Of a stretch of 64,000 nucleotides of DNA, positions 51,165 to 63,324 are shown in pieces; within the stretch, counting starts at the first letter, position 1, and every line of letters starts with the position of its first letter. This stretch comes from Eledone cirrhosa (Eukaryota), in the NCBI GenBank assembly GCA_964016885.1, contig OZ024740.1, forward strand, positions 109,492,001-109,556,000. Reading direction: 5' to 3'. Below the pieces are notes generated by a model. It was not told the origin of the DNA. It saw nothing but the letters and a program-made list of their open reading frames with translations, and did not search any database. The position numbers were made by a program, and so were the translations under genes.

Positions 51165-51499
51165 CAACAACAATGGTAGAGGAAGACACACAGGCCAGGC
51201 ACTGAAAGGACCAATTCAGTAGCTGGACCATTTCCCAGAGTCCATCCGCACAAGATATAATAATATTAATTAAAGTTATAATTAACATGCCAGGTACTTG
51301 GTGTCGTTGGTAATGCTTCACTCTCCTGAATGACACTGTTTTATGTCAATTTCTCCACGCTAGCATTGGTTAGACGAGTGGTCCTGTTGTGGGCAATGCT
51401 AGGTCACTCACTCACTCACACACTCACTCACTCACTCACACACACACACACACACACACATACACAGTTGAATAAATGAACAAAAAACAGAGAGGCAGT

Positions 51500-52809
51500 A
51501 CAAATGATATGGTTTTTAGTTTCACGCTTGAGAGCGGGGAGGGCTGGTGTTTGTGTATAGGTGTTGAAGGCTAAAGAAATATGGGTGGAGAGTTCAGGCC
51601 GAGGGTGAGTCTGTGGGTCTGTAGGGTGAATATGGTGTGTTGTTTGACCGTGAGGCGGGTGGCGGGTGTCCCATGGCATTGGATCAGGCCACAGACTGTG
51701 AGGTGTTGGGCGGAATGTCCAGGGGAGCCAAAGTGGCGGGCGATGGAGTAACTCCCACCAATACGAATATCGTGGAGGTGCTCCATGAACCGATCCACCA
51801 GGCGACATCCAGTCTGTCCAACATAGGTTGCGCTGCACTCCGTTCAGCGAAGTCCGTAGACAGGAGGCGGCGGATAGTGCGGTGGAGGGGTGGTAAGTAA
51901 TGGGGAGACGGTGGGTGCGTATGCGAGGGAATAGGGTGAGGGCGGTGGAGCGGTGGACTGCACGGGCGCGAGTGAGGGCGGTGTGGACGTGGGTGGTGGA
52001 GGGAGGGGTGGAAGGAGAGAAAGGAGTCGAGCTGTTCTCGGGTGAGGGTCGTGGCTCCGATACAGTCGATGTAACGACCGTACAGTTCGGGCATGGGGCC
52101 GGTGTACTGGGAAAAGATTTGGGCCTCAACATGGCCAACGGAAAGGTTGGCATAGTTTGGGCCCATTTTTGTGCCTATGGCTACTCCAGTGACCTGTTGG
52201 TAAAACTCACCCGAGGAGAAGCAGTTGAGGGCGAGGCGAAGGAGGGGGGTGGGTGGAGGGGATGGGGAGGGGTGAAGGTCGAGGTAGTGGCGGAAGACAC
52301 GTAGGCCGTCGGCGTGGGGATAACTGTGTAGAGGGACTTAATATCTAGGGTGAAGAGGGGGTGTGGGCTGGGTGGGAACGTGAAAGAGTCAAACAGGCGA
52401 AGGGCGTGGTTGGTGTTGGAGATGTGGGCGGGAAGGGTGGTGACGAGGGGGGTGAGGATGGAGTCAAGAAAGGCGGAGATGAGTTCTGTGGGGCAGTTGC
52501 AAGCAGAGACGATAGGGCGACTTGGGTTGTCGGGTTTGTAGAGTTTGGGGAGGAAGTGGATGGAGGGAGTACTGGGGGTGCGGACGATGAGGTGGGAAGC
52601 GGTGGGAGGGAGGAGGGGACGAGGTGTTGGATGGTGGACGAAACTTGTTGGTAAAGGCATGTGGGGTCGGAGAGTAGAAGAGAGGGGTTACGGAGTTGCC
52701 TGAGGGCTTCAGCCGTGTAGAAATCAGCACCATACCACCATGGCGCCTCCTTTGTCCACCGGTTTGATGACGTCATCGGCTACGGAGGGAGCGGAGAGCG
52801 AGGAGTTCG

Positions 52810-52810
<1 letters not shown>
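51500..52810 (-). mobile_element. GC-rich Penelope-like element (RT + GIY-YIG tail), internally deleted
   Basis: HFLPKLYKPDNPSRPIVSACNCPTELIS, LFTLDIKSLYTVIP, MGPNYANLSVGHVE, YGRYID, DRFMEHLHDIR...IARHFGSPGHS...IFTLQT...GLN. Confidence 0.88.
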
Positions 52811-52857
<47 letters not shown>

Positions 52858-52914
52858 CATCATCATTACTGTTTTATGTCCGTTCTTCCACGCTAACATG
52901 GGTTGTATATATAT

Positions 52915-53358
52915 ATCATCATCATCATCAACATCAACGTTTTACGTCAACTCTTCCACGCTTGTATGGGTTAGACGGGTTGTCCTGTTGTGGGCAATGC
53001 CAGGTCAGGTGACCATGTCTTGCTCATATGCAACTGATTCTGGCTTGATTTCTACAGCTGGATACCCATCCTAACACCAACCTCATTTACAGTGAGTGCT
53101 GGGTGCTTTTTTGCTGTGGCACCTCCACGACCACTTTGCAGTGTGGGCTGGGTGCTTTTTTGCTGTGGCACCTCCACAACCACTTTGCAGTGGAATGATA
53201 TGGACCCCAGTCCTATCATCTCATTTCTACAGCTGAGTAAACTGGAGCAATGTGAAATAAAGTGTCTTGCTCAAGGAAACACCACATCACTCGGTCTGAG
53301 AATTGAACTCACAACCTTTCGATTGAAAGCCCAATGCTCTAACCACTAAGCCATGTGC
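52915..53358 (-). mobile_element. tRNA-CORE SINE with RTE tail (same family as 6165-6505)
   Basis: Same head and CORE as the 6.2-6.5 kb copy. Tail includes a duplicated gctgggtgcttttttgctgtggcacctccac segment; an extra tail stub sits at 52857-52905. Confidence 0.88.
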
Positions 53359-53399
53359 CATATGTATGTATGTATGTATGTTGCACCATAGAACGTGTG

Positions 53400-54863
53400 T
53401 TTACGCTAAACTCTTCACTATATTCGTTGTTAATTCTAACCTTGCTGACTAAAGAAACAGTCAGCAAGGTTAGAATTAACAACGAATATAGTAAAGAGTT
53501 TAGCGTAAAAGTTGGTGTTCATCAGGGCTCTGTTCTTAGCCCCCTACTATTTATTATTGCCCTTCAGGCTATAACAGTGGAGTTCAAGATCGGCTGCCCA
53601 TGGGAACTCCTAAATGCAGATGATCTGACGCTCATAGCTGAATCAATGGCCGAGCTAGAGAAGAAATTCCAGGCCTGGAATCAAAAGGGAAATGGCCATG
53701 CTCAGTGTGTAGGAAAGGCGTAGGTAGAAACTCCATTTTATGTCCCAAATGCAAAGTATGGGTGCATAAAAGATGTAGTGGGATAACAGGTAAGCTAACT
53801 AAGAACATAGATTTTACATGTGGCCGGTACTCTGGAGCAATAAGTAGCAGCAAGTGCCCACTGAATACTAGCTCTTTCAATTGCGCAGAGGGTTCTATAG
53901 AAATAGTGGACAGCTTCCGTTACCTGGGTGACAAAATCAGCAGTGGGGGAGGGTGCTCTGAAAGTACAGTAGCTAGTCAGAACTGGATGGAAAAAGTTCA
54001 GAGAGCTTATACCACTATTAGCCGCTAAAGGGTTCTCCCTAAAAATGAAAGGCAGGCTTTATGATGCCTGCATACGAACAGCAATGTTGCATGGCAGTGA
54101 GACCTGGGCATTGTGTGCAGAGGATATACGCAGACTAGAGAGGAACGAAGCTTGCATGCTCCGCTGGATGTGTAATAGTAATATACGTGAACGGCAAAGC
54201 ATAAACGAACTAAGGGAAAAATTAGAAATAAGAGGGATCAGATGTTTACTCGAGAGAAGGCTACGTTGGTATGGTCACGCATAAAAGACGACAGCTGTAT
54301 AATAAAGTGCAGGGCAATAAAAATAGACGGTAGCCACGGAGTAGGCAGACCCAGAAAAACCTGGGACGACCTGATAAATTCCGACCTCACACACTTACAC
54401 CTCTCCAAGACAATGTCACTGGACCGAGATCTTTGGCGGTACTCAGTAATAGAGAAGACCCGCCTTACCTAAATACAAAGTAAAACCTACTCCAGTCAGT
54501 AGGTATCTCTAACAAAATACACCCCCGTCCCACCACCCCCACCCCATCCACACCGCCCCTTTCAATGTAAAGTTATGTTTGTGCCACAACATCCAGGCTG
54601 AAACAAATGAGATCGTGTAGGTGTCACGACAAAAAAAAAAACACACAGTCCACGCTGTAATGTGGCTGTGTAGGCAACACGGTAAAAACCTCCCAGCCCC
54701 ACACTGTAAATGTGGTTGGTGTTAGGAAGGGCATCCAGCTGTAGAAAACCCGCCAGACAGTCCTATGCGAGCAAGACAACCACTCTTGCCTCAAGTGGGA
54801 AAACTCCCATCCAAACCCATGCAAGCGTGGAACATGGACGTTAAACGATGATGATGATGATGA
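53400..54863 (+). mobile_element. RTE-clade LINE, copy D (5'-truncated, 5' fold-back, internal deletion)
   Basis: ORFs 53355-53723, 53705-54028, 54045-54284, 54242-54472. 3' UTR differs from copies A-C; (GAT)n tail. Confidence 0.93.
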
Positions 54864-57560
54864 TATATTAGTAAAAAGGTAAAGAAAATGCTGACAATTT
54901 TAACACGTTGAAACTTATTTTTCAGCTCTTGTTTTATACGGAGAAGTGTGTGTGTGTGTGTGTGGATGGAATAGTATTTTTGTGGTACTGGTAAAAATGG
55001 CGTTCATTATTCGATATTTTCAGTCATTTGCAAAAACGATTCTCTCAAAAGAACATCAATAATAAAAGAGGTGAAATGATGTGTAGTATTGTCATAACAC
55101 CAAGGCGTGTGTGAGTCCAGATTGTACGTACTGCAAGGGGAATCCATTCGGCCCTGCCGTATGGGATACTTGTGTACAAATATGTATGCACCCATCAATG
55201 TGCAATACATGTGTGCGTATGTGTATGTGTGCATGTCGGCACGTGTATATCTATAAACATCAAAAAGTATGCAAATTTGTGTATATTTGTGTTGCACCAT
55301 AGAACATGTGTGTTTACGTATGTCATTGTGTTTATATGTGGATAGAAATGTATGTAGGATGTATACTGATGTAGGTATGTATGTCAACGTGTATATGTTG
55401 TGGGTTCGTCTTAGGAAGAAGTATTTAGACAGGGTCCGTATTTGTTAATAAAGTGAGATTCCTTGCTGATGCGCTGGGTGTGGGTGGCATTATCTTTAAA
55501 TTTGTAGAGGGGAAAGATTCTAAAGTTGGGATGATTTTGGGCGGCACAGGTATCAATGTGTTCACTCAGTGCTATTTTTCTGTATTCCCGTATTTTGATT
55601 TGGGATCTATGGACAGTCATGCGTCGACGGAGGCTGTTTTTAGTCTGGCCTATGTATTGTTCTCGACAACCTGAGCAAGTTAATACATATAATAGGTTTT
55701 CTGATGCGCATGTGAAATTGTGTTTTACTATAAAACGTTGTCCTTCTTTGAAATAGAATTCCGAACCCTCTATTAGGTTGATGCATATGCCACAGTTGGG
55801 TCTATCACATTTTTTTTACTGTGAGTTACGTTGTTGTGGTTGGCAGTACTTTGGCATGTGTTAGGATGTTTTTCATTGACTTAGATTGTCTTTTGCTCTT
55901 TATGATATCGTGTGTTCGAAGGATTTGGTTCATTCTATGGTCCTTTTTTAATACAAGTATGTTCTGGAGGATGGTGTCAAAGGCCTCATTGTTGTGGGGG
56001 TTGTGTGTGGAGATGTATGGAAGAGCTTTTAGTTTCGGTTGATTAACTTTAGGGTGTCTAAGGTCCTGGGTACTGAGTTTTAGGGCATGTTGGATTCCAT
56101 TGTCAATTAGTGATGCAGGGTAGTCCCTGCTTGTGAGTGTGTCCTTTAGTTCTTGTAGCCGTAAGTAACAGGTGTTTTTATTGGAAACTATAATTCAGAT
56201 TCTCTTGGTTAAGTTGTAGGGAATATTAATTTTAACGTGTTTAGGGTGGCAAGAGTTGAAAGGAAGATATTGCTTGGAGTCTGTGGGCTTGTAGTATATG
56301 TCTGTTTCTATTTTTTTGCTATGAATCTTAATGAGGATGTCGAGGAAGAGGAGTTGTTGATGGCTGTATTCCATTGTAAAATTAATATTCGTGTTGAGCC
56401 CATTTATAAGGGTGTGAAATTCTTTAAATTTCTCGATGTTTTTGTGCCAAAGGATGAAGCAGTCATCTAGATATCTCTTCCAGTTATTTTCTATGTGTAA
56501 GTGGAGAGTGTTTCCAAATTTGTTTAGTACTTTAGTGTAGAGGGTGATTTCCAGGTATCCCATGATTAGGTTGGCATAAGTGGGGGCCGTTTTCGTTCCC
56601 ATAGCGGTTCCAGATTTCTGCCTGTAGGGTTTGTTATTGAAAACGAAGTAATTATTCTCCAAGATAAATTTGAGTCCTTCTATCACAACTTCTTTCTTGA
56701 TGCATTGTGGGAGTTCATTGGGGTAATTATCCAGCCAGAATTGGATAGCTTCTATTCCTAGGTTGTGGGGTGTGTTGGAGTATAGGTTGACTACATCGAA
56801 CGTCACTAGCAGGGTTTGTTCAGTAAGGGGTATATTAGGGAAGTGGTTGAGCATATCTAGGTCGTCCTTTATGTAGCTTTTAATGTGTTTCAGAAAAGGC
56901 TTGAGAAGGGTATCGATGAAGTTGCTAAGGCGATGGGCTTTGCAAGCGGGGCTTGCTATTATAGGTCTTAATTTGAGATGATTAGGTGAAGGGATATTGA
57001 TGACTAAGTCTGTGGCTTCCTTGCATGCCTTACTTATTAATTCACTTTTATGTACTTTAGGGATACCGTAGAAAAGGCTGGATTTACTTGTGAAGTCTGT
57101 GATGAAGCTGAATTCCTTATTAGTGAGTCCTTCTTTGTATGGATTAATCAGAGTTTTTAGGTTTCTCATAATTTTCTGTTGATTGTAGTGTTCAGTCTTT
57201 TCGTAGTATGTTTCTTTTTCCAAAGTGGAGAGCGCTAAGTTGATATAGAATTCTGTCTCCATTAGGACTACTGCACTCACGTGACATTCAACAACTAACC
57301 AAATTGTAATACCTCCCAAGCCACTTTTTTCACATAAAACAGGAAGAATTTCCAAAACTGATCAGATTAGAGCAAAAAGCACGAGCACTCTATCTCAAAA
57401 TTATTTTTGAAAAGCATAAGAAATGCGCAACCGGTAAAACTTAAAACTAAAACTGAATACTAACAAATACTTATTACTAATTTATACTTATTCCTAATTA
57501 AACTATTTTTCTCTAGGAAAAATTTGTCAGCTTTTTCTTTTCCTTTTTACTAATATATCA
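54861..57560 (-). mobile_element. Penelope-like element (Neptune-type) with inverted terminal pLTR segment
   Basis: ORF 56195-57355 RT (FYGIPKVHK, LKLRPII, FDVVNLYSN, GTAMGTKTAPTYANL, RYLDDCF, YYKPTDSKQYL). GIY-YIG ~55411-55700 (LLYVLTCSGCREQYIGQT). ~40-bp inverted ends at 54861-54900 and 57520-57560. Confidence 0.9.
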
Positions 57561-57834
57561 CAACTCGTGTGTCACACCTCTATTTTTTTTTTTTTTTTTT
57601 AAATATATATATATATATATATTTCGTTTCTGAATTTGTTTAGCAAGATTCTTTATCTGAAAACAAGTGTTGAAACCGATATTGTTATGCTTTGGGAGGG
57701 TCATGTTGCCAATAAGATACACACGCACCAGTTGCTTTCACTCCAATTTATTATAAATTAAATTTATAAATTTAAGAATTTATAAATTTCCGGTTGGTTG
57801 GTTGGTTCCACAACCAGACGATTGTTCATATATT

Positions 57835-57877
57835 GTCAAAGTTCTTTCGTCACACATTCTGTGACCTCTTCAGTGAC
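57835..57877 (-). ncRNA. Minimal type-I hammerhead ribozyme (left arm)
   Basis: Reverse complement of 61934-61976. Confidence 0.7.
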
Positions 57878-60800
57878 TGAGGATTATTTTCTTTGTTTTT
57901 GTGCCTCTCCTTTGTTCTGTCCTACGCCATCTTGTTTTTGTGTGTGTTGTGTGCTTAGTTTGCGCATGTGTTACATCCGGGTGTCTGTGTGTGTTTATAT
58001 TTATTTGTTTATTTACATGTTACTGGTTGGTTGTTTGTTCTATGTGTGTGTGTGTTTTCATTTTGTCCTTAATTGTAAGTTGTGATGTTGCTATTCCATT
58101 CATGTTTTCTATTTAATTTTGGTTGGAGTTCATTTATGTTTATTGCCTCTGTGATTTGTCTAAACATTGCGTCTTTTCTGTGTGTAGATTCTATTTTTAT
58201 TTCTATGTTGTTTAATTTACCCTTGTTCTATTTTAGCATGTTGGTGGAGTACAGATGATTCTTTACTATCTTGAAGCTCTCGCCAGTGTTCATTTATCCG
58301 TTCTCCTATACTACGAGCTGTCTCACCTATGTACACTATATTCTTATCTCTACATTGTCCTTCAGTACATCTTATGCTATATACTACATTTCTAGTTTTA
58401 CAGTTAATATAGGGACTTAGTTTACAGATTATACATTTCTTATCTATACAGGGAGGTCTTTGAAAAGGGTATGTATTGCTAATAAGTGTTTTTATGGAGG
58501 TACCTGGTCTTTCTACTATCTTAATATTGAGTTTATGTTTATCTAGGGCCCTTCTAAATTTGTAAGCTAATTCACCTCTAGGGGTTGTATTGATGAATAT
58601 TACACTCTGGTATTTATTGCTATCATACCATGAGTTTATTCTATTAACCTTATTCTTAGTTCTTTCTATTCTATTCCAAAATTTGCTCCTATACAAGGGG
58701 CAGGTCCCATTTGTATCATTATTTATCATTTTTTCCCATTTGGTTCTGGCTCCTCTATATACTATGATTTTATCTCTCTGATTGTAATCAGAGAACTGCA
58801 TACGGTGGATGAAGTGTTGTATGTGTCTAGTTCTTTGGGGTTGCACATGCGGGACACGTTTCTCATCACCTGTACCAAATCTGCAATCAGTATGTTGATT
58901 TTGGTGTGGTCCGAAACAGCTGAGTTTCGGTGAATCAGATATTTGGAAGTCATGGGCTTGGCATAATGGGAATGGAGGATTTGTTTTTTGTTATTAATGG
59001 TTTCTAACCAGAGCTCTGTGTCTAGTGCAGGTAATCGATGGTTGGGGTGTTTGCTTGGGTAGTCTATAGTAACTCTAATACTCTGGTGGATGGAGTTAGC
59101 TATTTGCTGGATGCTTTCCATGGTGATTTTCTTTAATTCCTGACTGTTCTCTAGTGGGGGTGTTTTTACTACGATGTTTATATCCTCAATGTAGCGGGAG
59201 TACATTATAAGGGTTAAGAGGTTGCTGTCTTCTAATTTTTCTTTAAGTTTAAGTCTATTGTCCCACCATACCATGAATAGGTTAGCTATGTCACCTGCAA
59301 TGCTAACACCAATGGCTGCTCGCTCCTCTTGGGCATATGTTTTTCCATTAAATTTGAACATATGTTCCTTAAGGGTTAATTTCATACTGGCCCCCCCACC
59401 GTATGTGCAATCATTTTCTTTAGTTCATCGTGGTTTTGGGGGGTCCGTATAGCTCTGGTCCACCCGTTCCATGTATCTGTGTGGGTCTGCTTGGCCATTG
59501 AGGTAATGGTAGGTGGTCTGCCTCTTGCTGGTCTTGTAGGGCACAGGTTGCTAAGGTCATATGTATCTAGATAATCATTACTATAGGTAAGTTTAAGTAG
59601 GAGTCCCAGCTCACTGGTATCAATCCCACGGAATTCAACATTGCTCTCACTGATCATTTCTATGCATTTTTCCACAGCAAAATCCTCGTCAGTGGATGGA
59701 TATAGGGTCACAACATCCATACTACCTATTATGCAGTTTGTTAGGTCCCTAGATCGGTTACTTTCAGTGATTCTGCTGAGGAGGTTCTCCGTGCTGTCAC
59801 ATATCTGGGGACATTTCAATGATGGGGCGTATGATCAGGGAGAGGAAGTAGGAAAGTTTGTAGTTACTAGCAATGTTAGATCCACAGACTGGCCATGTTG
59901 GTGGTCCTGTAACAGGGTCACTGCTCATTTTATGGTCTTTTCGAAGCCCATACAACGCTGGCACGTCATTGTTCCAGGCCTGGAAGTTGTTGGCAGTCCT
60001 TTTGTTGGGCTGCATTATGTTTGTCCACATCATCATATGGGCATTGAGGATTTTCTCCCTATCCTCATGCTCTTGTGGTGTTACTTCTCTTGTGTTAGTG
60101 ATGTGGGGTTGCATTGCCTGGATGTAGTTTGACAGACTGTCAACCGACATTCTGCCAGACTTGTCTGTTGGAAAGCATGCAATCTCTCCATTACGCGAGC
60201 GCTGCATGAGCTTATGCAAGCCATTTGCAGATTTTTCTCCCAGTTGCTGGGCCTCCATTCTATTTTGCTTCTTGCTATACTGTTCTATAATATTTCTAAG
60301 TTTAGATCTAGCTATACTGTCCATCGACCTGCGACGGCAATTGCGTGCGTTTGTTAAAAGCTAAAGTCGTGGCGTGGACTCGTCTCAGGTCGAAGGACAT
60401 ATCGGAAGGATTATAAAAAGTAGAGTATAAAATTAACCCTTAAGGAACATATGTTCAAATTTAATGGAAAAACATATGCCCAAGAGGAGGGAGCAGCCAT
60501 TAGTGTTAACATTGCAGGTGACATAGCTAACCTATTCATGGTATGGTGGGACAATAGACTTAAACTTAAAGAACAATTAGAAGAAGCAACCTCTTAACAC
60601 TGATAATGTACTCCTGCCACGTTGATGATATAAACATTGTAGTAAAAACACCCCCACTAGAGAAGTCAGGAATTAGAGAAAAACACCATGGAAAGCATCC
60701 ACCAAATAGCTAACTCCATCCACCAGAGTATTAGAGTTACTATAGACTACCCAAGCAAACACCCCAACCATCGATTACCTGTACTAGATACAGAGCTCTG

Positions 60801-61933
60801 GTTAGAAACCATTAATAACAAAAAACAAATCCTCCATTCCCATTATGCTAAACCCATGACTTCCAAACATCTGATCCACCGAAACTCGGCCGTTTCGGAC
60901 CACACCAAAATCAACATACTGATTGCGGATTAGGTACGGGTGATGAGAAACATGTCCCGCATGTGCAACCCCAAAGAACTAGAGAGACACATACAACACT
61001 TCATCCACCGTATGCAGTTCTCTGGTTACAATCAGAGAGATAAAATCAGAGTATATAGAGGAGCCAGAACCAAATGGGAAAAAATGGTAAATAATGATAC
61101 AAATGGGACCTGCCCCTTGTATAGGAGCAAATTTTAGAATAGAATAGAAAGAACTAAGAATAAGGTTAATAGAATAAACTCATGGTATGATAGTAATAAA
61201 TACCAGAGTGTAATATTCATCAATACAACCCCTAGAGGTGAATTAGCTTACAAATTTAGAAGGGGCCTAGATAAACATAAACTCTATATTAAGATAGTAG
61301 AAAGACCAGGTACCTCCATAAAAACACTTATTAGCAATACATACCCTTTTCAAAGACCTCCCTGTATAGATAAGAAATGTATAATCTGTAAACTAAGCCC
61401 CCATATTAACTGTAAAACTAGAAATGTAGTATATAGCATAAGATGTACTGAAGGACAATGTAGAGACAAAAATATAATGTACATAGGTGAGACAGCTCGT
61501 AGTGTAGGGGAACGGATAAATGAACACTGGCGAGAGCTTCAAGATAGTAAAGAATCATCTGTACTCTACCAACATGCTAAAATAGAACAAGGGTAAATTA
61601 AAGAACATAGAAATAAAAATAGAATCTACACACAGAAAAGACGCAATGTTTAGACAAATTAGAGGCAATAAACATAAATGAACTCCCACCAAAATTAAAT
61701 AGAAAACATGAATGGAATAGCAACATCACAACTTACAATTAAGGACAAAATGAAAACACACACGCACATAGAACAAACAACCAACCAGTAACATGTAAAT
61801 AAACAAATAAATATAAACACACACAGACACCCGGATGTAACACATGCGCAAACTAAGCACACAACACACACAAAAACAAGATGGCGTAGGACAGAACAAA
61901 GGAGAGGCACAAAAACAAAGAAAATAATCCTCA

Positions 61934-61976
61934 GTCACTGAAGAGGTCACAGAATGTGTGACGAAAGAACTTTGAC
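61934..61976 (+). ncRNA. Minimal type-I hammerhead ribozyme (right arm)
   Basis: GTCA-CTGAAGA-G-GTCACA gaatg TGTGAC-GAAA-GAAC-TT-TGAC. 4-bp stem I, 6-bp stem II, very short stem III. Confidence 0.7.
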
Positions 61977-62151
61977 AATATATGAACAATCGTCTGGTTG
62001 TGGAACCAACCAACCAACTGGAAATTTATAAATTCTTAAATTTATAAATTTAATTTATAATAAATTGGAGTGAAAGCAACTGGTGCGTGTGTATCTTATT
62101 GGCAACATGTCCCTCCCAAAGCATAACAATATATATATATATATATATATA

Positions 62152-63293
62152 TGAGAGTATTGAACTTTGCTTGAAGCATTGTGGAATAATAAGGTAAATT
62201 TCTTTAAGTCGTTTGAAAGCCTCGACAATGCAAATGGGTAAATCTCCGGGTAACAAGATCCGGTGGTGGAGAGAGAGATGTAAGTGGGTGTACGTTGAGA
62301 TGCGTGGTGTGTATAAGACGTGTAGAGGGATGAAGGAAAGAGCGTAAAGGATAAAAATAAAAATAAACAACACGAGAGAGAGTTACCTTGGGAGAGATTT
62401 AATTGTCCCTATATATTTCGGATTCACATCCATCAACTGGGGTTTTTTTCCGGGGGGCGGGGGAAAGGTTGTCTGTCGGAAAGGTGCAAAACGTGTCCTC
62501 CGTTGTTCGTTGTTTTGAATATCTGAGGTATTCAGCAGAGCGCGCGTGAAATGGGGTCGGTCAGGCAGAGGTCAGCGGCCGAAGTAGTTCTTTCAATTGT
62601 GGGAGTGGGGTGGCGCTAGCTGTCAGTCCATTCTGCCTGTTTGTTAAATGTTACTGTGTGTGTGTGTGTGTGTGCGTGTGTTGTTGTCTCACTTGAGTGT
62701 GCGTGTGTTGTTGCCTTGTTCCTCTGTATTGGCAGTGTAGTATGTTCGTATGGTGGAATGCTACTGTGTGTGTGTGTGCGTGTGTGTGTGTAGTTGTCTC
62801 ATTTGTGTGTGTGTGTGCGTGTGTTGTTGCATCGTTTGTTAGCTTAAACCAGCCATCTTATTTCGATTCTCGGATCGGTTGTTTATTTGCGGTTGCAGGC
62901 GTTTGATCCAAAGTGCTTCCTTGATACGTAACGTGCCGACGTTTCTTTCTGTCGCTAGAATTGTGACAATGGGCCTTTCATCTTTGTTTCCGCATTTGGC
63001 TATGTGTTTCCGGAAAGACGAGGTCCTAGTTTTAGTGTGTTCCTTGATCCGGATGTGCAACGGCCGGATTGTGCTACCTATATAGTATTGGTTGCACTTG
63101 TTACATTCTATCTTATACACGACGTATGTGCGTAGGCAACAGTTCGCATGGCGCATCGGGCAGTCTCTGAAGGATCACGCGTCAGTTGATTTCCCGGGTT
63201 TCCTGGAGAGGCATCTTCGCAGGGAGGAGCCCGAGTGGGCCAGGTGGATGTCGAGGCCCTCTCTCCGTATAACCTTGCGGATAGCGTTGGTGG
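62152..63293 (-). mobile_element. 5'-truncated Penelope-like element (GIY-YIG + 3' region) flanked by (TA)n
   Basis: ORF 62839-63156: CLRTYVVYKIECNKCNQYYIGSTIRPLHIRIKEH...LRIKEALWIKRLQPQINNRSE. Confidence 0.85.
62407..62442 (-). ncRNA. Degenerate hammerhead motif
   Basis: Minus strand CCC-CAGTTGA-T-GGAT gtga ATCC-GAAA-TATA-TA-GGG. Stems present; two mismatches in CUGAUGA. Confidence 0.5.

Positions 63294-63324
<31 letters not shown>

Larger units (their letters stand above)
57623..62131. mobile_element. Penelope-like element (fourth lineage) with a large inverted duplication: minus copy 57623-60420, plus-strand partial copy 60426-62131
   Basis: RT: ACFPTDKSGR, ALYGLRKDHK, GSMDVVTLYPS, AIGVSIAGDIANLFMVWWD, YSRYIEDI. 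GIY-YIG: CKTRNVVYSIRC...VYIGETARSIGERINEH. 60426-62131 is the reverse complement of ~57680-59387. Confidence 0.92.

Noticed and set aside
50754-51336. ORFs spanning the N gap
   Set aside because: Artefacts of translating N.
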